This document shows, piece after piece, positions 40,787 to 49,595 of a DNA stretch of 64,000 nt. The number at the start of each line of letters is the position of its first letter. The stretch's first letter is position 1. The translations under genes and the position numbers were made by a program. This DNA is from Candidatus Kapaibacterium sp. (GTDB lineage Bacteria; Bacteroidota; Ignavibacteria; Kapaibacteriales; UBA2268): positions 3,456,001 through 3,520,000 of the forward strand of contig OY761611.1 of NCBI GenBank assembly GCA_963664875.1, read 5' to 3'. The notes under the pieces are model-generated. The model had not been told where the DNA came from, did no database searches, and saw only the letters and a program-made list of their open reading frames with translations.

Positions 40787-41624
40787 TTCGGAAGATAGAT
40801 GATGTATCCATAGTTTTTCATTAGCATCCAAAAATACCTGCAAATTCCTTTATTTGCATATAATAATTCAAATCGTAAATGTAAGGGAAACTTACATATT
40901 GAATCATTGAAGAGGTTGACTCATAATCAAGTTAAGATGTTTAAAATTCAACAACTACACTAATGCTACCTTGTATTATAACTGCTTTTATTTGAAGTAT
41001 TTACAAATTCCCCTCCTGAGCGATGTGCTGAGCGAGCAACGCGAGTCGAAGTAGGGTGGCATGCGTAGCATGACGGTAGTATGGCACATACTATGTAAGT
41101 GCTATATATACAAAGATAATACGCATATTTTGTAGCTTCATGGCTAACATAGTACTAACACTTATTGCTTGTAACCACTGTACAAACATAAATCCTCTTT
41201 TTTATATCTTTACCTTAATTTACAAAAATATTTGCAAAATAGGTGCTAAAGTTGTTGGGCAAAGTTTTAGTCTTTTGTTTTAGAAATAATCGATAGATAA
41301 ATACGGATTCTATTATTTTAATCCCTACTGCAAAAAACGCTCTCAATTAGCCTAAAATAAGTCTGTTTAAGGCACATAGAGAGCGTTTTTAGATTGAATT
41401 GATTCAAGTGTCCTCCAATTTTTTATCATCTCTATCTATTTATAAGATAAATTCAATTCTGCTACAAGCTAAACCTAGCATACTATGACTCCTGTGCATA
41501 TTTCAGTAGCTCCCAAAATTTTAGATCTATCTGCTTTTTCTTTATTCTTTTTCTTAAATATTTGCTAACTTATTGTATATCCAAAGTGTAGATTTTATTT
41601 GAATTCTTTCTCCCTATATACTTT

Positions 41625-41900
41625 ATGAAACTACTTGTAACTGCTCCTGTTAAGGCTCTGAATAAAGCTTATCGTAAGGTGAGTATTGCTAAAAATGAGT
41701 TTGATAATTTCAAATCTCTGCTTAGTACTTACCTTGATAATATTAACCTCAATGAATCTGAAGAACATCTCAAACTGGTGCTTCGGGATTTTCTGAAAAA
41801 TTCTTTCTACCAAGATTTTGAAATCAATACTTCCGGTAGAGCGGATCTTGCTATATTTTTGGACAAAGACAGCAAATCTAATGTGGGCGCGGATTTATGA
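41625..41900 (+). pseudogene. N-terminal fragment of a type IIG (Eco57I-like) restriction-modification enzyme
   Basis: KALNKAY...ESEEHLK...DFLKNSFY...INTSGRADL resembles the recalled N-terminus of about 1200-aa type IIG RM proteins; stops after 91 aa. Confidence 0.65.
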
Positions 41901-43441
41901 ATCAATTAAAGATATTAGAAATAGACTTTTTGAAGGAACAAAAACCTGAAAAACAAAATCCAAATAATACAATAGAGTCACATTATATTGCAAATATTCA
42001 CTATACTGATGAATATGGAATAGAGCGTGAGATTCAAAAAAATGTTATAGAAGCAAATCAATTATTTGAAGCAATAAGACAATCTTCAAGCTATATCAAT
42101 ATCAGTAACTGTTTAGTAGTCAACTTTCTATCATATAAGTACAACGAGTCTATTGGGCATTCTTATGACGCAAATATTGTAATTAATAATTTTGAAGCTG
42201 ATAATGTGATATTCCAGAATGACGTTGATTTTTCGAATGTTGAATTTACTGGAATTTCAAGCTTTAAAAATACCATTTTTATGAGTAGCTGTCTTTGCTT
42301 TAATACCATATTTACTCAGGAAGCAAATTTTAGAGACTCCCTATTTTGTGAAGGCTTTAAGGGCAGCTTAGATTGTAGGAAGAATCTTAATTTGGAATCT
42401 ACAGAATTTCGTAGCTATATTAATCTGACAAAATCTGTAATTGATGATAACTTGTATGCAATAGACTCAAATTTTCAAGGAGAATGCTATTTTGAAAATA
42501 TGCAAATCAGCACAGCGAAATTCCTTGACTGTAGGTTTAAAAAGCAAGTAAGTTTTAGAATGACAAGCTTTAAAAATGCAACGTTTACTTTTAGTAAATT
42601 TTTTGATTGGGTGTCTTTTGTTGCTGCATCTTTTCAAAATAGTGCTGTTTTTCAAAGTTGTGAATTCAATAAATTAGCTGAGTTTAGTGGTGTGAAATTC
42701 AATTCTACAGTTAGCTTTGTTTTTTCAAAATTCTTGTTCACAGCTTCTTTTTATAAGGCGAAAATCAACGAAAAGATAATCTTTAATTTCGTTTTATTCG
42801 ATAGCATTACTTATCTACAGTTTTCCAATGTTAGTATTTGTAGCTTATATAAAGCAAAATTCTCTGACTGTGCAGATTTTACTGATTTAAAATTTGAATA
42901 TCTTGACTTGAGGGGATGTATTTTTGACAAAAGTGCTTTGTTTTCTAATACTATCATCAATAGAGCAAATAGAGAGACTTATAGAACTATCAAACATGAG
43001 ATGTTGAAAGTAAACAACAGAGTTGACGCTGTGAAATACTTTAAATTAGAAATTGCTGAAACAGGGGAAGAACAAGAAACATCAAATCTTGAAAAGGTTT
43101 TACTTTATTTATATGCTTATGTTAACGACTATGGTACTGATATTGGCAGAGCCATAAGAGTTTTTTGTTGTTTTACCTTAATTTTATTTCTCTTATTTAC
43201 TTTTTTTGGATATGAGAAATGTTATTTTCCAGAAGCACTTACAAATCTCGAAACAATTTACCAAGCTGTAAAAAAATCATTACATAATTATACTTTGCTT
43301 TTATTGCCTACTCATAAGCTTTCTGATTTATATGGACAAATCAGTGTTGTTGGTATAGTTTTAGATTACTTTTTTAGAATATATATCCCAATTATGTTTT
43401 TCTTCATCCTCCAACCACTCAAAAAATATAAGAGCTGGTAG
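41897..43441 (+). CDS. Pentapeptide-repeat protein with C-terminal membrane domain
   Basis: Recurrent F-xxxx-F repeats (VDFSNVEF, ANFRDSLF, AEFSGVKF...), then NDYGTDIGRA and hydrophobic helices. Confidence 0.8.
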   Translation: MNQLKILEIDFLKEQKPEKQNPNNTIESHYIANIHYTDEYGIEREIQKNVIEANQLFEAIRQSSSYINISNCLVVNFLSYKYNESIGHSYDANIVINNFEADNVIFQNDVDFSNVEFTGISSFKNTIFMSSCLCFNTIFTQEANFRDSLFCEGFKGSLDCRKNLNLESTEFRSYINLTKSVIDDNLYAIDSNFQGECYFENMQISTAKFLDCRFKKQVSFRMTSFKNATFTFSKFFDWVSFVAASFQNSAVFQSCEFNKLAEFSGVKFNSTVSFVFSKFLFTASFYKAKINEKIIFNFVLFDSITYLQFSNVSICSLYKAKFSDCADFTDLKFEYLDLRGCIFDKSALFSNTIINRANRETYRTIKHEMLKVNNRVDAVKYFKLEIAETGEEQETSNLEKVLLYLYAYVNDYGTDIGRAIRVFCCFTLILFLLFTFFGYEKCYFPEALTNLETIYQAVKKSLHNYTLLLLPTHKLSDLYGQISVVGIVLDYFFRIYIPIMFFFILQPLKKYKSW

Positions 43442-43475
43442 TATTTTATATAGACAAAAAAGTTTACAAATAGAG

Positions 43476-43631
43476 ATAGCCAATGAAAAGGAAAGATTCA
43501 GAAGACGTAAATCAGCAGCTAAGACAGTATATACAGCACTTCGCATTCTGAAAGAAAACGGAAGTGAGGAGTCTTTATACAAATACTTTCAGAACAGAGT
43601 GGAAAAGTGGAAAAATAGAGGTCTTTTATAA
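43476..43631 (+). pseudogene. Remnant resembling the N-terminus of an Mrr-like restriction endonuclease
   Basis: Frame reads IANEKERFRRRKSAAKTVYTALRILKENG..., with ATA in place of ATG; similarity is from memory only. Confidence 0.35.
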
Positions 43632-43785
43632 AACTTTTTTATTTTTTACTTTCTTTTACAATCTCTGCTATATCTTATTTATTTATATATTAATATAATA
43701 TAGTATAATAAGTAGATAAGAAGAGAAGAAGTAAAGAAAATAGAAAAAGTTTTATAAAACAGGTCAATAATTCCACTTTTCCACT
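43598..43785. repeat. 188-bp imperfect palindrome with AT-rich centre (candidate replication origin)
   Basis: agtggaaaagtggaa / ttccacttttccact and ttttataaaacttttt / aaaaagttttataaaa arms. Confidence 0.8.
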
Positions 43786-43860
43786 AAATCGAACGAAACC
43801 CAAACTCAAAATCCTCGTTTCTTCCATTAGATACAGATTTCATTTATAAGGAGAATTACC

Positions 43861-44076
43861 ATGTTAGATTTTGACAATATTAAGCCGGCTTGGAAAAAAG
43901 CAGTAGCAGACCCGGAAAACCATCCAAATTTTCACATGCGAATGATTGGTGCAGAAAGACCACTAGATACTGAAGTCATGGAAGAGCTTATCAAAGAAAA
44001 ACCGGCTTTAAAAGACGACAAAGTACTCTCAGAAGAAGAAAAAATGAAGCTAATGCAGGGTTATCTTAAACTATAG
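43861..44076 (+). CDS. Small hypothetical protein
   Basis: AAGGAG RBS upstream; 71-aa ORF. Confidence 0.6.
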   Translation: MLDFDNIKPAWKKAVADPENHPNFHMRMIGAERPLDTEVMEELIKEKPALKDDKVLSEEEKMKLMQGYLKL

Positions 44077-44109
44077 TCCAAATTTCCATTAAGTATCTTA
44101 GTTATTCTA

Positions 44110-44228
44110 ATTGGAATCAATCGGTAAATATTGGATTTTTTTGGTACTTTTCAAACATTTTCGGGAGTATTAGGAATTTTTTGGTACTAATGTGTGTTTT
44201 TAGGGTACAAATTGGAATTTTTCGGCAT
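44110..44228. repeat. Degenerate direct repeats with about 20-bp period
   Basis: attggaatcaatcggta, attggattttttggtac, attaggaattttttggtac, attggaatttttcggca. Confidence 0.55.
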
Positions 44229-44355
44229 TTTAATTATCGCATTAAAAAATGATCTAACAGACTGGATTTAGAGGGGGGATATGAAATTGATACGGTTTTG
44301 ATATGTTTCAAAATTGTATCAATTTAAAAAAAGTTAAGCTGAAATCTCATTATAA

Positions 44356-44395
44356 AAGTGCCGACTTTAACTATTTTTTTCTAAGTCGGCACTTT
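44356..44395 (-). terminator. Terminator downstream of the primase gene
   Basis: aaagtgccgactt...aagtcggcacttt inverted repeat. Confidence 0.7.
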
Positions 44396-44404
44396 CTATT
44401 CTCT

Positions 44405-46720
44405 TTAGGCAGATTCGGCTTTCACGTCTTCAGCTTTCAAAATATCAATTCCTATTAGAAAATTGCGTCCACCACTCCTCTTTTCTTTGAGAATATCAAA
44501 TTCTTCTTCAAGTCTCTGATAAAACTTTTGATTTGACAAAGCAGTATTTCCATTCGTACTCGCATATTCTCGATATTCCTGATACAGCTCCTTTGCAATA
44601 CATTTTTTATTTTTATCTATTTCACAACACTCGTTTAGAAAATCACGAAATAGATCGCTATTATAGCGATATGTATTAAGAGCATTTTCTACACAAAGTG
44701 GAGGATTTAATCCCTCTTCTTGGTACATTTTATATCCTTTCAGAGCAAGATTAAGAATGCCGGAATACTCAGATTTGAATAGTGTAAGTAATTCTGAGAA
44801 AGTGACTTCTTTATCTGAAGGTACACTATAATCAAATGGAATGACAATAATTCTTCGCCAAATCCCTTCATCTGTTCCTTCAATTATCGGAAGATAGTTT
44901 CCCGGAATCCAGTACAGAGCCTGTGGTCTAAAATTTATATCCCTACTATACAGACCTCTACCATTTACACTTTCTCCGCTTGTCATATCTTTCAAGGTAG
45001 ATTCATCAAGTTTCCTATTATACGGAATTTCTCCAAATGTAATCAATCTTTTGCCCTGGAGTCTCTCAATTTGAATATCCGAATGATTTGAAGCTTTATT
45101 CCCTTTAAAAATTGCTTCTGTGCTTAGTTTTTCTGAATAATTCCCAAATAAATCAAAGATTGTCTGAAAAAATACACTTTTTCCGTTTCTACCGTTCCCA
45201 ATACAAAATATAACTTTGTGAATATCCATATTGCCATCAAGACTAATTCCCAAGAGTTTGATTACATAGTTTATCAGTTCCTTTCTTTCAAGAAAGATTT
45301 CACTGAGAAACTTCTCAAATTCCGGAGCTTTAGCATCCGGATTATACTCCACATCCATCATTTTTGTGATTAGAAGTTCCGGTTGGAAGTTCTCTAATTT
45401 GTGGGTTTTAAGATTATAATATCCATTATTTAAAGAAATAATATTTGTTAGACCGTCATAGTCTTTATTGTATCTTACAACCGATGGTTTAGACTGTGTA
45501 GCTTTTATAGCACTTCTTAATTTGCTGTGATCTCCACTTCGTTGTTTATGCAGTAACAGCTTGTTTATAAGTTTTGCATTTGAAGCTACATCAATTTCTG
45601 AATCGATATTTTTTATAGTGTCTTTCATCATTTCTTCAATATAATTTGCCTGATCGAACTCCCATATCTTTCCATTCCAAATAAACCAGCATTCGGACTC
45701 GCAGTTATATGTGATAGAATCTGAATAACGTGCTAAAAGCCTGTTTGCATTCCCCGAGTCGTTTAACTCATATTTGAGTTCTTGAGTCTCAGTTTCTTTT
45801 ATTGCTTGATTATTGGACTTAAGTGCTATCTGTTTCGGGAATACGTAACCATAACTTTGAGCATAATAAACTAAAGTACCAATTGAGATATTTGAAAGTC
45901 TGTTTTGAAGCTTCTTTCTTGTTCCTACAATAGTATCAGGTGACCAAGCCTCAATCAAACTAAAAGCAGTTTCCAAATCAAAATGATTTCCAATTGCAGA
46001 AATAACTTTGAGCCAATCCATATAATTCATCTGTGCAGGAATATATCTGAGCATTGACTCCGCCATTTTAGAGGTTATGACCTGATTGTTGTTAATTCCA
46101 TTTTGATTTAAGCCGGATTCTTCAATTCTTATACTTTCTTCTATCTGAGCTTTTGATATTCTATTTGACATATTGTAAATGTGATATTTACAGTTCGTAC
46201 TTCCAAACCAGATTCTATCAATATTGCAACAACTAGAATCGCTATCAAAGCGTTTAATAAAGGATTGTACAATTTTCTTATACAATATTGAATCATATAT
46301 AGGTTCTTCAAACAAAAATACAATTCGAAATTTGTGGTGCTGTTCTGTATATGACGCTGTTTGATAAATAAATGCAGCATTTTGAGATAACCATTTGTCA
46401 TTAACACAAAGATCGTAACTTAAATAACCTTCCTGTTCAGTTTTAGTCCGTTTTTTTACATCTTGAGTAATTGTATTATCAATATCTAATGCAAAGCCGT
46501 TAGCCAACGCTATTGAGTTACTAAAAGGCTTTGTGTCAGGGTACATTTCATGGGTTACACCAAACGAAAAAGCATGACCATTGCTGATATGCTCAATCAA
46601 CTCTTTAATTGTTATTGATTCAACTCCCCATCCTCTTGCAGATGGGGATTGCTTATTTATAATATTTGAATTTAGGAGCAATTTATGTTTTTCTGAACCG
46701 GATTTGATTAGCTGTTCCAT
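44405..46720 (-). CDS. Phage/plasmid P4-family primase-helicase (prim-pol-like N-terminus, PriCT-2, D5_N, SF3 helicase)
   Basis: ALDIDN and HKFRIVF catalytic-like motifs, YMDWLKVISAI...WS, NDSGNANR, GNGRNGKS Walker A, DEGIWRRIIVIPF. Confidence 0.9.
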   Translation of the reverse strand: MEQLIKSGSEKHKLLLNSNIINKQSPSARGWGVESITIKELIEHISNGHAFSFGVTHEMYPDTKPFSNSIALANGFALDIDNTITQDVKKRTKTEQEGYLSYDLCVNDKWLSQNAAFIYQTASYTEQHHKFRIVFLFEEPIYDSILYKKIVQSFIKRFDSDSSCCNIDRIWFGSTNCKYHIYNMSNRISKAQIEESIRIEESGLNQNGINNNQVITSKMAESMLRYIPAQMNYMDWLKVISAIGNHFDLETAFSLIEAWSPDTIVGTRKKLQNRLSNISIGTLVYYAQSYGYVFPKQIALKSNNQAIKETETQELKYELNDSGNANRLLARYSDSITYNCESECWFIWNGKIWEFDQANYIEEMMKDTIKNIDSEIDVASNAKLINKLLLHKQRSGDHSKLRSAIKATQSKPSVVRYNKDYDGLTNIISLNNGYYNLKTHKLENFQPELLITKMMDVEYNPDAKAPEFEKFLSEIFLERKELINYVIKLLGISLDGNMDIHKVIFCIGNGRNGKSVFFQTIFDLFGNYSEKLSTEAIFKGNKASNHSDIQIERLQGKRLITFGEIPYNRKLDESTLKDMTSGESVNGRGLYSRDINFRPQALYWIPGNYLPIIEGTDEGIWRRIIVIPFDYSVPSDKEVTFSELLTLFKSEYSGILNLALKGYKMYQEEGLNPPLCVENALNTYRYNSDLFRDFLNECCEIDKNKKCIAKELYQEYREYASTNGNTALSNQKFYQRLEEEFDILKEKRSGGRNFLIGIDILKAEDVKAESA

Positions 46721-47052
46721 TGTGTCTCTCCTGTCATTGATACACCTCTTTTAATCATCTTATGTTCTAACTTTTCCAAATCTTCTGTTTTAAAGAGTAC
46801 TTTTCTTCCGAATTTTCTATAGGGTAAAATTCCTTCGTCACGCCAGTTTTTAATTGTCTGCCTGCTAACTTTGAGCAATGCCATCACTTCTTCGGTGTTA
46901 TAATACGATTCTTGCTCTAGAATAGCATTACTTCTTTCTGTTTCATTTTGGATTACTTTATTTGCCCTCAATAGCAAATCTTCGTAATGACTTCTTGAGA
47001 CCATTATAAAGTCTCCGGGATTGGGCAACATCCCATTTGTGTTTTTAAACAT
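46708..47052 (-). CDS. Helix-turn-helix (HTH_17) excisionase-like protein
   Basis: YNTEEVMALLKVSRQTIKNWRDEGILPYRKFGRKVLF. Confidence 0.88.
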   Translation of the reverse strand: MFKNTNGMLPNPGDFIMVSRSHYEDLLLRANKVIQNETERSNAILEQESYYNTEEVMALLKVSRQTIKNWRDEGILPYRKFGRKVLFKTEDLEKLEHKMIKRGVSMTGETQWNS

Positions 47053-47527
47053 TTGTGTCTCATCTTTAGTTATACATCAGGTCGATGTAGTATTACTTTC
47101 AAAACAGTGCACTTTGTCTTTTCCAAGTTTAAAACTATAATCTTATTACGTGCTTAGATTTATCATTTGCCAAAACTTGTTCTTTTACTACATCATTGAG
47201 TACAAAACCATAAGCTTTATTTGTACGTACTGTTATTGCTTAAGCGTGCTTTATGATAATTGTATCTCTTTATTTGAGGGCAATATAAGGTGTGAAAAGA
47301 GTGATGTCAATATGAATGGTTACTGGAAACTAAATACAATGGGCAGGTGCATGTAGAGCGGTTTTGATGATGAATTTATTTAGTTTTCGGAAGTTTCCCT
47401 AATTTTATGGAAACTTCTTTTTGAGGGTTATAGGTCGAAATAGAATCAATATTATAGAAAAAAAAAGTGGTTTATCTAAAAAAATATAGATAAACCATTT
47501 GAAAAAACTAATTGTTTAAGAATATCT

Positions 47528-48667
47528 CTATTTCTTATATTCCTTGGATATCTGTTTTTCAAAAGAATGCATAGCCTGTAGAAGACTGATATTTTTTGTC
47601 CGAAATCTGAATTCATTGGCAGATTTTGAATTTATATTCTCTTTTGGTTTTACAATAATTTCATAAGTTGTTTTCTCACTGTTGGCATACTTACTTTTGT
47701 AACTATGGTCAAATGTTGAACTATTTGCATTAAAATGTTCAAGAATTTGAGGCAGTTCTTGTCCAAAGCCTTTATAGTCTATTTTTAGGAAATCACCATC
47801 TTCTCCAATTTTTTTTAAACTACCTTCCTCTAATAGAACAGATAAGTTAAAAAGTGTATTACTTGCATTTTTTGTCATATCTATTGCATATTTTGCTTCT
47901 GGATTTAAAATATCAGGCATTTTTTCTGCACTATTGTCAATACAATATTTAGTTTCTTGAATTTTATCTTTGAGATAATCACTAAGTTTACTTGCAATTT
48001 TAAGTTTACCCTGAGTTATTTCCTTTATTGATTGACAGATAATAAGCAAATATTCTTCAGAGAAGTTGTAGTGTGTTTTTTTTGCAACTTTTGAGTCAAT
48101 AAACCTATGATACAAAGTTCTTAAATATGATAAAATACGTAGAGTGATTTTATCTAAAAAGTATTTATAATTAGATTCCAATTTTACTAAATATGAAATA
48201 TCAATATTGTGTCGTGTAAATTTCTCAAGTTGTTTTTCTATCTCAGATAAATAGAATTTATTGGGTATCTCAAAGATCTCAGGAATATCATCAGTAACGT
48301 TTTCTAATAAAAACATATCAAATCTCATTATCTCAGCTTGACACAACTTTTTTTCCCAACCCGGCAAGAAGCATTTTCTTTCAATAGTTTCAATAATATC
48401 ATTAAATATCATATCTTTTTCAAGTATTTGGTCACTCTGATATGAAAGCTGAAACATCTTTTTAACTTGCATTATATAATATCTTTGTAAGACTTTATAC
48501 TTGTACCTTCCGTCTGAAGGATTTAAATCTGAGTTAAATTCGTGGGATAAACAATGTGGGAACCTGCAGTTATGAAGGGATTTTTTTGGGGATACTACTG
48601 CTTTTTTTACTGATTGTAATTCCGTTAATTTATGTACCGTTTCAGGTACAATCCTATTGCTTGGCAT
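47528..48667 (-). CDS. Hypothetical protein
   Basis: 379-aa ORF followed by hairpin tggtttatcta/tagataaacca (about 47468-47498); no recognised motif. Confidence 0.65.
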   Translation of the reverse strand: MPSNRIVPETVHKLTELQSVKKAVVSPKKSLHNCRFPHCLSHEFNSDLNPSDGRYKYKVLQRYYIMQVKKMFQLSYQSDQILEKDMIFNDIIETIERKCFLPGWEKKLCQAEIMRFDMFLLENVTDDIPEIFEIPNKFYLSEIEKQLEKFTRHNIDISYLVKLESNYKYFLDKITLRILSYLRTLYHRFIDSKVAKKTHYNFSEEYLLIICQSIKEITQGKLKIASKLSDYLKDKIQETKYCIDNSAEKMPDILNPEAKYAIDMTKNASNTLFNLSVLLEEGSLKKIGEDGDFLKIDYKGFGQELPQILEHFNANSSTFDHSYKSKYANSEKTTYEIIVKPKENINSKSANEFRFRTKNISLLQAMHSFEKQISKEYKK

Positions 48668-48989
48668 CTTTTTTTCCTTACATTTTGTTTCAAATAAAAA
48701 CTAAATTATCTAATATCAACCTATTGCGTCTTTGTTCATTACAAATGTAATATTATTTAACTATTAAACCAAAACTTTACTATGTAAAAAGAAACTAGAA
48801 TGTTATATTTAACTTTAGCATGATTTATATGGAGATGCTATTAGCTGTTAATATGTGCAATATGATAATATACAAGGGGCATTTTACACAATACTTTCAA
48901 AATGTTTTTATTTTTATGCAATTTGATTTATATTGTTATCATTCGCAAAAGAAAGGTATTACATAATAATAATTTTAAAAATTGATGAA

Positions 48990-49571
48990 ATGACGAATTC
49001 AAATTTTAAAATACACGAAACTTGGAGATTACTTTCTCCGACCAAGTTACATGAGAAGTATTACAATGATTTTGATTATGATTTAGAGAGAATTGGTAAT
49101 ATATTATCTTTGAGACACATCCCTAAAGAAGTATTACTTCAGTGGAATTTTCTACACTTTGAAAATTACGAAATGCAAAGAAACTATGCCTGGATGGATT
49201 ATAGTAAAATGCAGTTTAGATTAGAAACTTGGAACTTGGAGCGCCTTTTAGATATTTATGTTATTTCTGATTTCCGGGATTATGTAGAAAGAAGGGCAGC
49301 CTCAAAAAGCTTTGACGAATTTTTTTGTATAGACGCTGATAAACATGAATGGGAATCTAAAGGAACATGGAGAACACCTCCAATAATTTTAGACTGCAAA
49401 TCAATTACAGCAAACATTCCTAAATATAGTGAAATTAGTAAAGGATTTCAACTTGTAGAAGGTCATTCACGTTTGGGTTATTTATATTCTCTTATGCGTT
49501 TTAGTAAACAAAATATAGTAACCCTAGCTAATAAACATAATGTTTTTGTAATGAGTTATCAAAATATATAG
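48990..49571 (+). CDS. Hypothetical protein with ParB/Srx-like motif
   Basis: WRTPPIIL...FQLVEGHSRLGYL resembles the ParB N-terminal [LI][VI]DGH.R motif. Confidence 0.55.
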   Translation: MTNSNFKIHETWRLLSPTKLHEKYYNDFDYDLERIGNILSLRHIPKEVLLQWNFLHFENYEMQRNYAWMDYSKMQFRLETWNLERLLDIYVISDFRDYVERRAASKSFDEFFCIDADKHEWESKGTWRTPPIILDCKSITANIPKYSEISKGFQLVEGHSRLGYLYSLMRFSKQNIVTLANKHNVFVMSYQNI

Positions 49572-49595
49572 TAAATAATACTATCGGAGATTATA

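Larger units (their letters stand above)
43598..48667 (-). mobile_element. Satellite/integrative-element-like replication module (hypothetical - HTH - primase - ori-like repeats); boundaries uncertain, no integrase seen
   Basis: Gene content and order. Confidence 0.55.

Noticed and set aside
47150-47356. 68-aa plus-strand ORF between HTH and hypothetical gene
   Set aside because: No RBS or recognisable motif, atypical composition; more likely regulatory DNA
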